A DNA stretch of 64,000 nt from Promethearchaeota archaeon (GTDB lineage Archaea; Asgardarchaeota; Lokiarchaeia; Sigyniarchaeales; SOKP01), in NCBI GenBank assembly GCA_029838195.1, contig JALGVJ010000015.1, positions 34,852 through 98,851 of the forward strand, written 5' to 3'. The translations under genes were made by a program, and so were the position numbers. Shown here piece by piece: positions 40,648-51,301 of the stretch (positions within the stretch are counted from its first letter, which is position 1; every line of letters starts with the position of its first letter). The notes below the pieces were generated by a model that was given only the letters and a program-made list of their open reading frames with translations, was not told the DNA's origin and searched no databases.

Positions 40648-42624
40648 TTAATATAAATCTTTAATCACGAATTCTAAGTTTAATTCTCGTAGGGTTTCCT
40701 TCAATGGATAACCGTTTTCCGGATTCCATCCCATTTCTTTGCAATATAGTTTATAGAATTCATCGTAATTATCAATGGTGATACCTTTTAAGGGACCTTT
40801 CTCATCCGGTGGATCTCCAATAATTCGTCCAGGCAGTTTATTTTTAGCAATTGGCACTCCCTCTCTTAAGGTGAAGGCTTGCCTTATAGTTTGAATTCTA
40901 AGGCCGGTCGTGATAAGCTCATCAAGAGTAATATCCCAACCCGTTAGAGAATTAATTAATTCCATTAACGGGTACGTACCCATTAAAGTTGAGAACATGC
41001 ATAATCCAACACTCGACACTACTTGATGAACGCCCGTTATGATACGCTGAGCTCTCGCCTTTAAGGCTATATCTTTTTTCCACCCTTTTGGAAGGCGAAG
41101 GCCTTGAAGAAATAGTTCTGCGGGACCGATTTCAAAAAAATCTATGGAAGCTGTCGTATGTTTTCCCGGCGTTGGGTCATAGGCATAACTGAATGCTAAC
41201 GAATTAAAAACGCGAGGGTTATGCATGGCAATTTCTTGACCAAGCGAGGTCATGGCAAATTTTTCACTTCCTTTTCCAATTTTTTCAGCCGCTATTTTTG
41301 CACCATCAGCAAGGATATTTCCAATACCTTCTCTATTAATGATCTTGTTTACTAATTTTATAATTGCTTCCGAATTCCCCCAAGTGAGTTCAAGACCATC
41401 AGTATCTTCTTTAGTGAGAATTCCTTTTTCATAACATTCAAGAGCAAAAGCCACTGTAGCGCCGGTGGATATCGTATCGATTCCCTCGCGATTACACAAA
41501 TCATTGATTTTAAAAATTGAAAATAGATCACTATTTAATAACATTGCACCGAATGAACAACACGTTTCGTATTCTGGCATGTGAGTTTCCTCCATATTGA
41601 TTTCAGGAATTTTTAAAATTGCCCCGCATTGAACGGGACAAGCAAAGCAGCCATAATGGCGGATCCGATATTGATGAATTTTGGTAGCTGAAAGATTTCT
41701 TGACATGGTATCAAACGGAAATTCTATCATTCCAATACCTTTCCAATTTTTTACGGGACTATCGCCCGTTTCCGCACTAAGAGTGTTCCCTGCCGGCGTC
41801 CCTAAGTTATGATACACGCTTCTTAACATTTTTGGAGAACCTCCTCCCGTTGATAATCTAAACCGTCTAAATAATTTTGCCATGTTAGGAATTGTTTGGA
41901 GGAGCCATTTATTAATTCCCTTGGCATCTTCAGTCTTGCTCTCTTTGTTATAATTTCTAACGAGTGACATGAACTTTTCTCTATCATAAAAGAGAATTTT
42001 TTCTTTCCCCCTGAGAGCCACCATTTTCAAGTTTTTCGAGCCCATAATTGCTCCTAATCCAGAACGAGCAGCGATTCTTCCTTTATCATTGGCAATTCCG
42101 GCTATTCGAGATAATTTTTCTCCCGCTTTTCCAATTCCTGCCGTTTTGATCTGATCTCCATGTTTTTCTTTCAATTTAATTTCTGATTGAATGATATCCA
42201 ATCCCCAAATGTTTTTAGCATCCAGAATTTCAATATTTCCATCATTAATTAGAACATATACCGGCATGCTTGCTTTTCCCATGAATACTAATCCATCATA
42301 TCCACACTTTTTAATCTCCGGGCCGAACGTTCCTCCTGCATTCGCATCTCCCCAACCTCCTGTCAATGGGGATTTTCCTACCACCATGTACCTGCCCGAA
42401 AAAGGAGCTACTGTTCCTGTTAACAACCCCGGAAAAAATCCGAAGATCGAGTCGGGAGATAATGGATCCACATTAGGGCCCATTTTTTCACTCAAAATCC
42501 TGCAACCGAGACCATAACCTCCGAGATATTGCCTATAGAAATCGTCTGAAAGCTTAATTTCTTCATATTTTTCATTTGTAAGATCAAACGCAAGGATCTT
42601 TCCAAAATAACCCGCTTGCTTCAT
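40648..42624 (-). CDS. aor: Aldehyde:ferredoxin oxidoreductase family
   Basis: KSPLTGGWGDANAGG, ARSGLGAIMGSKNLK, CFACPVQC, PEYET, DTISTG. Confidence 0.93.
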   Translation of the reverse strand: MKQAGYFGKILAFDLTNEKYEEIKLSDDFYRQYLGGYGLGCRILSEKMGPNVDPLSPDSIFGFFPGLLTGTVAPFSGRYMVVGKSPLTGGWGDANAGGTFGPEIKKCGYDGLVFMGKASMPVYVLINDGNIEILDAKNIWGLDIIQSEIKLKEKHGDQIKTAGIGKAGEKLSRIAGIANDKGRIAARSGLGAIMGSKNLKMVALRGKEKILFYDREKFMSLVRNYNKESKTEDAKGINKWLLQTIPNMAKLFRRFRLSTGGGSPKMLRSVYHNLGTPAGNTLSAETGDSPVKNWKGIGMIEFPFDTMSRNLSATKIHQYRIRHYGCFACPVQCGAILKIPEINMEETHMPEYETCCSFGAMLLNSDLFSIFKINDLCNREGIDTISTGATVAFALECYEKGILTKEDTDGLELTWGNSEAIIKLVNKIINREGIGNILADGAKIAAEKIGKGSEKFAMTSLGQEIAMHNPRVFNSLAFSYAYDPTPGKHTTASIDFFEIGPAELFLQGLRLPKGWKKDIALKARAQRIITGVHQVVSSVGLCMFSTLMGTYPLMELINSLTGWDITLDELITTGLRIQTIRQAFTLREGVPIAKNKLPGRIIGDPPDEKGPLKGITIDNYDEFYKLYCKEMGWNPENGYPLKETLRELNLEFVIKDLY

Positions 42625-43411
42625 TTTTATTTTGAAACCTCATTTTTTTTTAATTATTATCATGAATAATAATTTCATTTAATTCCTAATTAGATTCTTT
42701 CTCATCACTTAATATATATTTTCAATTTTACATTTTATAATATCAAAAAAAAAAAAATATACCAAATTCTCCTATACCCCATTGCTAAAGAATACTTGTT
42801 GAAGATCTTTTTTATTATCATGCTGAAAGTTCTATTTTTCGTAAAATTTAAATAGAACGAAACTTTTATAAGGTCTTTTTTTTATCAATAATATGCATTA
42901 ATAAATTCATCATGTTAATAAAGGTACAAGAAAAAGAAAGGCGATTTATTTTTTATAATTGAAATTTTTTTATGTTCTATTTGGTTTTGATAAATTAAAT
43001 TAAAAAGATTAGAGGGGATAATGTCCACTACCAGCTCCTTAGAAAAAAGGAAAAAAAAATTGAATGTTAGTAAGTATTTGGATTTCGATAAAGAACACAA
43101 GATTTTCTATAATAGCTTGTATCTTGATGAGTTCAAATTAGTGGTCAAAATTCCTTTACCATCTCCCCAATCAAGTTCAATTTCGGAACATGTAAAGATT
43201 GAACGATTTGATCTGGCTAAATACACTTATTTGACAAAAATATGAATCCACATTCAAGGGCGACATTCTCTAGTTCTAACGATTCCTAACATAGTTCATT
43301 CAATTTATTTTAAGATAGGTTTAACTTTTTACCTCATTTTTTGCGTGAGATTTAATTAAGGAAAAAAACCAATTTAAAATCAAGAATAAAAAAGTGAGTT
43401 TTAAAAACAAA

Positions 43412-43543
43412 TCAATTATCTTTTTTTTTTAGATATTTATTCCAGCATGAAAAACACATATATTGCTCATCTTCCAAAAGTACCATATCTTTAACGGCAC
43501 GTATCATTCCACATTTGATACAAGTTTGCTTTATCTTTTTCAT
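43412..43543 (-). CDS. 43-aa zinc-finger microprotein (absent from the ORF track)
   Basis: MKKIKQTCIKCGMIRAVKDMVLLEDEQYMCFSCWNKYLKKKDN; two CxxC pairs. Confidence 0.65.
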   Translation of the reverse strand: MKKIKQTCIKCGMIRAVKDMVLLEDEQYMCFSCWNKYLKKKDN

Positions 43544-44188
43544 TTCAATTATTTTTCTCTAATATTTACACCATTACTTTATTTTTAATTAAAAGTGAGA
43601 TATAAACCATGTTCTAAATAAAAGATATTGTAATTTTGATTCTATTTTATCCAAATAAATTATAATTACTACAATTACACGTGATCCCTATTAAATGAAC
43701 TCTAAATTCAAATTGCCATATATTTTGTGCTAACATTTTATTACTTAATTCATAGATTTAAAAATTAGATTTAAACCATATACATTAAAAAGAAAAAATG
43801 AGAACCCATCCACGTGGCGCAAGCAGATATTGAACGAGCTTACAAGGAAGTAGAAGGATTTAAAAGATTTCTTGAGCGTGGAAAAACATGTGAACAAATA
43901 TTTAAAGATTTATTAAAGCTGGTCCAAATTGATGAATGAATAATTTTATTTAATATTGGATGAGGCAAATTTGCTAACTATTCCAAATTCATTCGTCTTT
44001 TAAATAAATTTCATTTTTTCGGGGGAAAAGTCCATTTTTTAAATTCACGGCATTTATGTTATAAAGATTAATGTAAAAAACAAGAAAATGATATTAACTA
44101 TTGATATATTAATCAAAATTTTTTTTAATCTTAACATTTCAATACTAAACATTTAGTGGATTTACAATCAAATAATTTTCTTATCACC

Positions 44189-45718
44189 ATGTTCAAGGTA
44201 AAAAACGTGTATCAAGAATTGGAAGGCATTGTTGGGGAAAAATACGTGACTGACAAAGATTTCATGAAAGCAGCCTATTCTCGGAATGTGGATCCCGCCT
44301 TCCCCGATAGGTGGGCTGATGTCATCGTTCGGCCCGAAACAACTGAAGAGGTATCAGAAATCGTAAAAATTGCTAATAAATATAAAATTCACATGGTTCC
44401 TCGAGGTGGAGGCGCTGATTTGGTCGGTGGCTCTGTTACGGAAGGAGGGATTTTAATCGACTTGACACGAATGAATAAAATTATTCACTTGGACGAAGAT
44501 AATTTTTATTGTGAAGTTGAATGCGGAATTACTTGGGGATCCCTCTTATCGCAATTACACGAAAAAGGAGTAACAACGGGGATCATTGGTCCAGGAAGTG
44601 GTTATTCTGCTACAATCGGGGGTGGATTATCGAACAGCACGGCAGGCTTTGGATCGACGAAATATGGTCTTGTCCCCGATATCTGCTTAGGTCTAGAAGT
44701 TGTATTACCCGATCCCAAAGGCACGATTATACGAACGGGTGCTGCAGCAAATAAATACGCAAAACCTTTTTGCAGGTATGGCGTAGCGCCTGACTTTACG
44801 GGATTATTCATGGGAGATGTAGGCACGTTAGGAATCAAAACGAAAGCATCTTTAAAATTATTTCCCCTCGCCCCAATAAAAGCATTTAGAAATTACATGC
44901 TTAATAAGAATGATTACACCTTGGTCTATAAGCTCATGCATGAATTTCGCAAGAAAGTAAATGATGGATTGCAAGATTTATACGTAGTTCCTCTCCCCGT
45001 CGTTCAATTATTAGCATCCCTCGCAAAAAATAAACCCCCCAAAAGGCCTCGCTTAAAAGGCCCCGTTTTTCAAATCTTTTTAGAGGCTTTTGATGAACGA
45101 ATTATGGAAATCTATTTGGAAAAAACTGCAGAGATAATGAACGAACATGCACGACCTTTTGAATGGCAAGAAATAGATCTGGACGCAGAATTATCAAAAG
45201 ATTGGAAATTTAATTTGAATTTTTCCTATACCTATTTTAATAAATTTGTTAGTCTGGCTCCTCCTAAAATTTCATGCGTAACATGTCACAAAATCCCCAT
45301 CTCCGAACTCCCGGAAAAAGAACAATTAAGCGTGAAATTTGATAATGACCACGTTAAAGACTTTCCAAGACAAAGTTTTTCCTTATTTGCCCGTTCCATT
45401 CATTTATTACCAAACGGTAACTGCGTCTGTGCGGGCGGTTTTAACGCCGAAAATTATGAAGACCAAAGAGCAATTGCTATGAAAATTTGGCATGAAAAAT
45501 TACGATTCCAAGTAAAATACGGTGCGGTTCATTACTGGTTAGGAGAATCTATCTCACAGTCCATCGTGGAGGCAGGGGGATTCACTTATGACTTCGCTCA
45601 ATTCTTTAAGGATATTAAGAAAACTGTAGATCCTAATTTCTTATTAAGCCCTAATAAATTCCACATGCATGCTCATGAAGATGATATTACAAAATATATA
45701 ATAAAAAATGAGGAGTGA
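44189..45718 (+). CDS. FAD-linked oxidoreductase (GlcD/D-lactate dehydrogenase/VAO family)
   Basis: VRPETTEEVS, PRGGG..LVGG, ATIGG, KYG, FMGDVGTLGI, DPNFLLSPNK. Confidence 0.9.
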   Translation: MFKVKNVYQELEGIVGEKYVTDKDFMKAAYSRNVDPAFPDRWADVIVRPETTEEVSEIVKIANKYKIHMVPRGGGADLVGGSVTEGGILIDLTRMNKIIHLDEDNFYCEVECGITWGSLLSQLHEKGVTTGIIGPGSGYSATIGGGLSNSTAGFGSTKYGLVPDICLGLEVVLPDPKGTIIRTGAAANKYAKPFCRYGVAPDFTGLFMGDVGTLGIKTKASLKLFPLAPIKAFRNYMLNKNDYTLVYKLMHEFRKKVNDGLQDLYVVPLPVVQLLASLAKNKPPKRPRLKGPVFQIFLEAFDERIMEIYLEKTAEIMNEHARPFEWQEIDLDAELSKDWKFNLNFSYTYFNKFVSLAPPKISCVTCHKIPISELPEKEQLSVKFDNDHVKDFPRQSFSLFARSIHLLPNGNCVCAGGFNAENYEDQRAIAMKIWHEKLRFQVKYGAVHYWLGESISQSIVEAGGFTYDFAQFFKDIKKTVDPNFLLSPNKFHMHAHEDDITKYIIKNEE

Positions 45719-45723
45719 ACGCA

Positions 45724-46929
45724 ATGACAGATTTTAAGCCGGAAGAAAAATACAGGCATTTGAGCAAGTTTGGAGACATGTTAATTCAATGCATCGCATG
45801 CGGCGATTGCCGTGAGGCAACCGATTACACGTCCAATCCTCAAAAATGGGGAGTTTGCGTGGCTCGTGAGCACACGCCCGGATTTGAACCCTTTTTTGCG
45901 AGAGGAAAAATGCAAATCATTCGATCTCTCTGGCAAGGAAAATTAGAACTTAGCAAAGATATGGCAGAAGTAATCTATCAATGTCCGACGTGCAATGCCT
46001 GTGCTGAAACATGCGCATATGATATCGACAATGCTTTAATCTATGAAGCCTTGCGTGCTGAATTAGTCGATGCTGGTTGTGGATTAGAAGCTCATGTCCC
46101 CATGAATCGTGCGATGGTAGAGTTGTTCAATCCTTACCAGAGAAATAATACAGAAAAGGGAGAATGGATCAAAGAACTCGATTTCTCAATTAAAAATGCC
46201 ATAATGGAGAAAGCAGATGTCCTTTACTTCGTGGGATGTACGGCAGCCTTAACTCCCAAAATTAAAACCGTGGCATTTAACACCGCAAGAGTTCTCCAAA
46301 AATTAGGAGTAGATTTTGCCGTATTTGGAGAACACGAAATTTGCTGCGGAAGTGTTGCTAAAAGAACGGGAGATTTAAAAGCTTTTAATACGATTGCAGA
46401 AAAAAATCTTGAATTATTCAAAAAAAGTGGAATTAAAACAATTGTTACCAGCTGTGCGGGGTGTTTTAGAACGTTAAAACTTGATTATCAGGAATTTTTT
46501 AAAGATTTGGACATCGAGGTTCGCCATTCCGTTGAGTTTATCTATGAAATGATTAAGCAAAAGAATATCCCGCTAAAACATTTAGGTATTACCACGACGT
46601 ATCATGATCCTTGTCATGCGGGAAGGCATATTGGAATCTATGAAGAACCTCGTGAACTATTAAAAAAATTCTCCACCTTACAAGAAATGAAAACCATCAA
46701 ACAAAATGCAAAATGTTGCGGAGCGGGAGGCGGCGTAAAAAAAGCTTTTCCCGACCTAGCTCTTGAAATCGCTAAAAGCAGAGTCGAAGAGGCAAGAGAA
46801 ACAGGAGCAGAATTCTTGGTTAGTATTTGTCCGTTCTGTTTCAGAAATCTTAATGATGCAATAAATGCCATAAATTCTTCCATGAAAATGAAAGACCTAT
46901 TAGAATTGTTAAATGAAGCTTTAGAATAA
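45724..46929 (+). CDS. Fe-S oxidoreductase subunit (GlcF/GlpC/HdrD, CCG domains)
   Basis: CIACGDC, CPTCNACAETC, YFVGC, CCG twice, YHDPCH, CPFC. Confidence 0.9.
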   Translation: MTDFKPEEKYRHLSKFGDMLIQCIACGDCREATDYTSNPQKWGVCVAREHTPGFEPFFARGKMQIIRSLWQGKLELSKDMAEVIYQCPTCNACAETCAYDIDNALIYEALRAELVDAGCGLEAHVPMNRAMVELFNPYQRNNTEKGEWIKELDFSIKNAIMEKADVLYFVGCTAALTPKIKTVAFNTARVLQKLGVDFAVFGEHEICCGSVAKRTGDLKAFNTIAEKNLELFKKSGIKTIVTSCAGCFRTLKLDYQEFFKDLDIEVRHSVEFIYEMIKQKNIPLKHLGITTTYHDPCHAGRHIGIYEEPRELLKKFSTLQEMKTIKQNAKCCGAGGGVKKAFPDLALEIAKSRVEEARETGAEFLVSICPFCFRNLNDAINAINSSMKMKDLLELLNEALE

Positions 46930-47028
46930 GTCTTTTTAATAAATAACATAAGAATTTCTTTTTTAATTATTTAAAATTCAATAAAAAGCGTGTACGTTAT
47001 TGTAAACCTTTTAAAAATGGTGAGGATA

Positions 47029-47829
47029 ATGAGTTTTAAAAAAAATTTGGATGAAATTAAAGAAAAAAAAATAAAATTGCGCACGACCATATTTAAAAAT
47101 GCTGAAATGATTACCGTCTTGTGGGAAACTAAAAAGGAAATTGTTGAACGCTTGCTTCCACCCCCCTTGGAACCCGCTAGTAGGCCCATTGCTATGTGTT
47201 TCGTCGTGAGATATCCTTCTACCAATCAAGGATTGCCCTACAATGAAGCTGCCTTGATTTTACGTTGTAAATATAAAGAAGAACAGGGAAATTATTATCT
47301 TTCCATGCCTGTAACCGATGATAGAGCCTTGATTGGAGGACGGGAAATATTTGGCTTTCCCAAAAAAATCGCTAATGTGGTATTAAAGCGTAATGATAAC
47401 CAAATCCATGCATATTCTGAACGCTTGGGAGTTAAAAATATTGAAATTCACGCCAAATTGACCGGCAAATTCAATGATCCGGAAACGCCCAAACTCATTA
47501 AAGAATTAGATTTATTACCGGGCAGGAGAAAAAATACTATAAATTATAATTTCAAATATTTTCCTCATCCTACTAAAGAAGGATTCGATTATGATCCATG
47601 GTTAGTAAGACAAGAAACCGCTGTTCGGCCCCAATTCTTTAAAATGGGAGAGGCTGAAATCTTCTTAAATTCTACAGTCCATGATCCCTGGGCAGAAATC
47701 GAAATTGTAAAAATATATGGGGCGCTTTACATGCTGACGGATAATGAAATGTTACCGGGTTCGGTCATTGCTCAAGTAGATTCCGAACGATTTCTTCCCT
47801 ATTCCTACAATAAATGGGATTGGTATTAA
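47029..47829 (+). CDS. Acetoacetate decarboxylase family protein
   Basis: LLPPPLEP, PYNEA, GGREIFGFPKK Schiff-base motif. Confidence 0.88.
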   Translation: MSFKKNLDEIKEKKIKLRTTIFKNAEMITVLWETKKEIVERLLPPPLEPASRPIAMCFVVRYPSTNQGLPYNEAALILRCKYKEEQGNYYLSMPVTDDRALIGGREIFGFPKKIANVVLKRNDNQIHAYSERLGVKNIEIHAKLTGKFNDPETPKLIKELDLLPGRRKNTINYNFKYFPHPTKEGFDYDPWLVRQETAVRPQFFKMGEAEIFLNSTVHDPWAEIEIVKIYGALYMLTDNEMLPGSVIAQVDSERFLPYSYNKWDWY

Positions 47830-48305
47830 TTCTTTCTCTCGATATTAAAATTTCCTATATTTTTTTTTATTTTTCCTTTTTTATCTCTTTTGCTCCTCTG
47901 AGGAAAGAATATTCTTTTTACTTGGTTTTCTTCAATAAATTCTATTACTTTTCCTTAATCGGAACTAGTTCAATTGCTTTAAAGGAAAAAAAGTTAGAAG
48001 GATTACCTCAGTTCGCGAGATAAATGCAAAAAATAAGAGGTATCATGCTGAGGCATGATTAGAGGGCGAAATCCAATTTATACGAACGTTGGTATCCTTC
48101 TACTTAATTAATTTAGGCGTAAAAAAATTAATAAAGTTTTATGCTAAACTAATAATTCCGTGGCAGTAGAACGTACAAATGAAGAGGGTTTGGACTAAAG
48201 ACTAAGAGTATTACTTGTTTAGAAAAAGAGAAAAATTGACCTCTAAAAGGGATTGATGGAGTTTCAAATTATTAAAATTATGGAACGGAAAAAAAATAAA
48301 AAAAA

Positions 48306-48380
48306 TTCCTTGCGAACTAAAGTTCGCTTATAATCACTAAAATTTTTTCCTTTAATTATAAGATGGATTATATCAAGGAA
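48306..48380 (-). repeat. 75-bp dispersed repeat, copy 2
   Basis: Reverse complement of 15692-15766 with 3 mismatches; ends ttccttg/caaggaa; internal gcgaact-aa-agttcgc. Confidence 0.9.
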
Positions 48381-48411
48381 AAAAAAAATAAAAATAGATA
48401 AAAGAGGAGTG

Positions 48412-48444
48412 GTTGAATTACTACGCCATAAATGGCATAGAATC
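48412..48444. mobile_element. IS200/IS605-like end palindrome relic
   Basis: gttgaattaCTACGCCATaaATGGCATAGaatc; a related half-site caagccacgccatttat lies at 63689. Confidence 0.4.
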
Positions 48445-48552
48445 GTAATTCATCCATGAATGTTGGGCTAACGTGAGTATTACATTCTCTCCAAACGCTT
48501 GTCCCGTAGTTCCCATGGTTAAAGAAACCTGGGTATCGTTTCTCAATAATGA

Positions 48553-48860
48553 TATAGGATTTTGGTACTCTCAGCATTCTTTCAATTGGGGGGAAGCAAG
48601 CATCCATTTCTTTCAATTGCAGGAACGACCATGGCCTTGATAATTTCAACAATAATTTTACTAAGTGATTTTGGTTAACCCATTTCTTTAATGATGAGTC
48701 AAAGAGATTCTTTTTTGATACGGAGGTCATCATTCTTGGAATATTACCATTAACATTGGCATTGGTGGGCATTCACTTCCCCCTTGGAGTACATGGGCTA
48801 TTTATAGGAGGTTTTTCCGGTTTAATTGGCGGTTTTTTCTTTAGGAATAAAAAGCACTGA
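48553..48860 (+). pseudogene. Frameshifted remnant paralogous to the 49066 membrane protein
   Basis: VLSAFFQLGGSKHPFLSIAGTTMALIISTIILLSDFG* and, in another frame, VIILGILPLTLALVGIHFPLGVHGLFIGGFSGLIGG both align by eye to the downstream gene. Confidence 0.6.
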
Positions 48861-49065
48861 GAGCAAGCTTAATAAAAGAGAAATAAAAAATTTTTTATTA
48901 AAGGGAAATAATTGGGCAATAATTTTTGAAAGGGAACAATCCCTTCAAATTTATTATGTTTTTCCCATTTTTTTAATAAATACAAGGAAAGTTTTTAAAA
49001 TAAGAGTATCTTTTATATAAAATATCTTGAAATAATTATAATTTAAATAAAATTGGGTTTTAATC

Positions 49066-49551
49066 ATGAGTGCTGCAAAAGGATTAAGTATAACGGCGGG
49101 AATTTTAACTTTAATAGGCAGCTATTTATTATCATGGTATAGCACGGGAAGCGAGTATGCTTATGGAATTGGAGGAATATTTGGTCTATTGGGATTATTT
49201 GCGGATTTAACGAATTGGATTAATTATATCGTGATTGCGTGCGTCATTTTATTTTTAATTTCCTTTATCTTGCAATTCATCGGCGTGAAAAGTCGAGCAA
49301 CGGCTATTATTGGTGCAATCTTACCTTTAGTGGCAGGCATTTTCATTATATTAGATACGTTTGGGTTGGATGTCATAGGCGTCATGAATTACATGACTGT
49401 ATTTGAGACGTCTTTCACGATTGTACCCGGAATTATTCCATTTGATTTTGTAATTCCCACTAGATCGGAATCTATTGGAACCTACGTGATATTGCTTGGG
49501 GGGTTGCTCAGTTTCATTAGTGGATGCAAGAGTCGTTCCATTTATTATTAA
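49066..49551 (+). CDS. Hypothetical membrane protein
   Basis: 161 aa, about 4 TM helices. Confidence 0.75.
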   Translation: MSAAKGLSITAGILTLIGSYLLSWYSTGSEYAYGIGGIFGLLGLFADLTNWINYIVIACVILFLISFILQFIGVKSRATAIIGAILPLVAGIFIILDTFGLDVIGVMNYMTVFETSFTIVPGIIPFDFVIPTRSESIGTYVILLGGLLSFISGCKSRSIYY

Positions 49552-49671
49552 ATTCTTTTTTTTTCCTTGTTTTTTTCTAAAATAAAATAATACCGAAAAT
49601 TTTTATCCACATGAGCGATTTCTTTATCATGGTACTAAATCTTTTAAATAAAAAAAGTAATTCTAACGGGT

Positions 49672-50202
49672 TTGACCATGAGAAATGCAAGTGAAAAGGA
49701 GGAGCAAGAGAAGAAATCCATAGCTTTTGAAAGGAAAAGCATGAGCTTGCGAATTGCCATGATATCGATCACGGCAGCACTTTATATTGCATTAGGTTAT
49801 CTTTTTCAACCTATTAGTTTTTTGGGGATCCAATTTCGCGTGGCAGAGTTAATGGTGGGAATGCTAATCTTATTTCCCATTGAAGGCATAATTGGCAAGA
49901 TCATTGGAGTGTTTTTCGTGAATTTAAGCTCTCCTTTAGGACCGATCGACTTGATAAGCTGTATCGTGAATATTCCCGCCCTTTATTGCATTATCGCCTT
50001 TCGAAATAGAAAACGATTGAAATATTTAGGAGGCGTCTTATATGCGGTGATCATATCGTTGTATGTAGCAATAATTATTAATATTGTCTTAGGATTGCCC
50101 ATTTGGTTAATTTTTTTACAAGTACTCATATCGGAAGTGATTTTAGCCAACTTGGGAATAATACTTTTTGAGACCATTAAAAATAGGATTGAGCTAAGTT
50201 AA
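49672..50202 (+). CDS. queT: QueT-family ECF S component
   Basis: AALYIAL...PISFLGIQFRVAE...NLSSPLGPID. Confidence 0.85.
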   Translation: MTMRNASEKEEQEKKSIAFERKSMSLRIAMISITAALYIALGYLFQPISFLGIQFRVAELMVGMLILFPIEGIIGKIIGVFFVNLSSPLGPIDLISCIVNIPALYCIIAFRNRKRLKYLGGVLYAVIISLYVAIIINIVLGLPIWLIFLQVLISEVILANLGIILFETIKNRIELS

Positions 50203-50599
50203 TATTTTATTCTCCTCTTGTTATCACGGCGAAATGGAGCGTTTTAGGACGTTTTTTTTTTAATTTTTCATATTATATTTAGAGCGACCCGTCAATCAAG
50301 CATCCAAGAGATTAAATACTTTTTTTCGGGAATTTTCTTGAATCCTTGGAGGTTTTATTAATCGGGTTATAATTACTTCAAATTATCTAAAACGTTTAAA
50401 ATCACGTATTACCCCTTTCTTTCTGAACAGATCCCTTTAAACTAAACGTTCTTGGATCTAATTCTAATTTCAAGATATAACAAAATGAACCTAAAATCAT
50501 TAAAGGTTCTTAAAAGAAACGTGTAAGATTTGAAGAGAGTAATGAAATAAAAGGTAAAAAAGGTAACGAAGTAGAAAGAGTGAAAAAGAGTCCTTATTC

Positions 50600-51022
50600 T
50601 TATTTTATTACGTCCGTTATAAAGCAGGTCTCGATTATTCGGATGCCCTCAATCGTGGAAATCTTTCCTTCCAAAATTGGATTAAAATCTTCCATTGAGG
50701 GAATTTCTAGCTTCAATAATAACCCACAATCTCCGGATAATCTCCAAATGTCCGTGATTTCTTCTATTTCACTCAGTTCTTTCAGAATTCTTTTAATATT
50801 TTTGAAATCCGGTTCAATTTTTACCGTAGCTCTCACTTTTGGCTTAGAATTCAATTCATATTCAATAGTAAATTTCTTGATAATGTTTTTTTTAATAAGA
50901 CGGTGAACTCTTCTTCTGATTGTGGCCTCTGTTCGTCCTACGACTTGAGCAATATCGCTATAAGAAGCACGGCTATTTTTTTCCAATTCTTCCAAAATCT
51001 TCTGATCTATAACATCAACCAT
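50600..51022 (-). CDS. Lrp/AsnC regulator
   Basis: DVIDQKILEELEKNSRASYSDIA...EATIRRRV plus C-terminal RAM domain. Confidence 0.92.
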   Translation of the reverse strand: MVDVIDQKILEELEKNSRASYSDIAQVVGRTEATIRRRVHRLIKKNIIKKFTIEYELNSKPKVRATVKIEPDFKNIKRILKELSEIEEITDIWRLSGDCGLLLKLEIPSMEDFNPILEGKISTIEGIRIIETCFITDVIK

Positions 51023-51301
51023 GATTTATTGACCCGAAAAAAAATTGATTAAATGAAGTATAAAAAATGATCATCTTATTAGTTAATTAGAATGAAATGT
51101 TATTAAATTTTATCATTTAATAATCAAAAGCGTATATCATATTTATCAAGATGGAAATTTTTGTCGTAACTATATTATCTTGATTAAAATTCCTTCATGT
51201 TTTTAGTTTTTAGATGGTCAAGCATGAATAAAATCTTTGTTATGAACCGAAAATAGAATTATTAATTCAATGGATTAACATCATTTTTCTAAGGTAAAAA
51301 A

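Noticed and set aside
43021-43245. 74-aa plus-strand ORF, and a separate ~40-codon fragment at about 43814-43939
   Set aside because: No recognisable motif; they cannot be supported as genes without a search.
42625-44188. AT-rich gap as a possible replication origin
   Set aside because: No ORB-like repeats and no cdc6/orc1 nearby; the gap contains small ORFs.
48368-48772. 134-aa minus-strand ORF whose NANVNGNI recalls the TnpB NADVNGA motif
   Set aside because: It is antisense to a recognisable pseudogene of the 49066 family, runs through the repeat, and has no other TnpB motifs.
49628-49670. Possible preQ1 riboswitch upstream of queT
   Set aside because: An A-rich tail is present, but there is no P1 stem or conserved loop.
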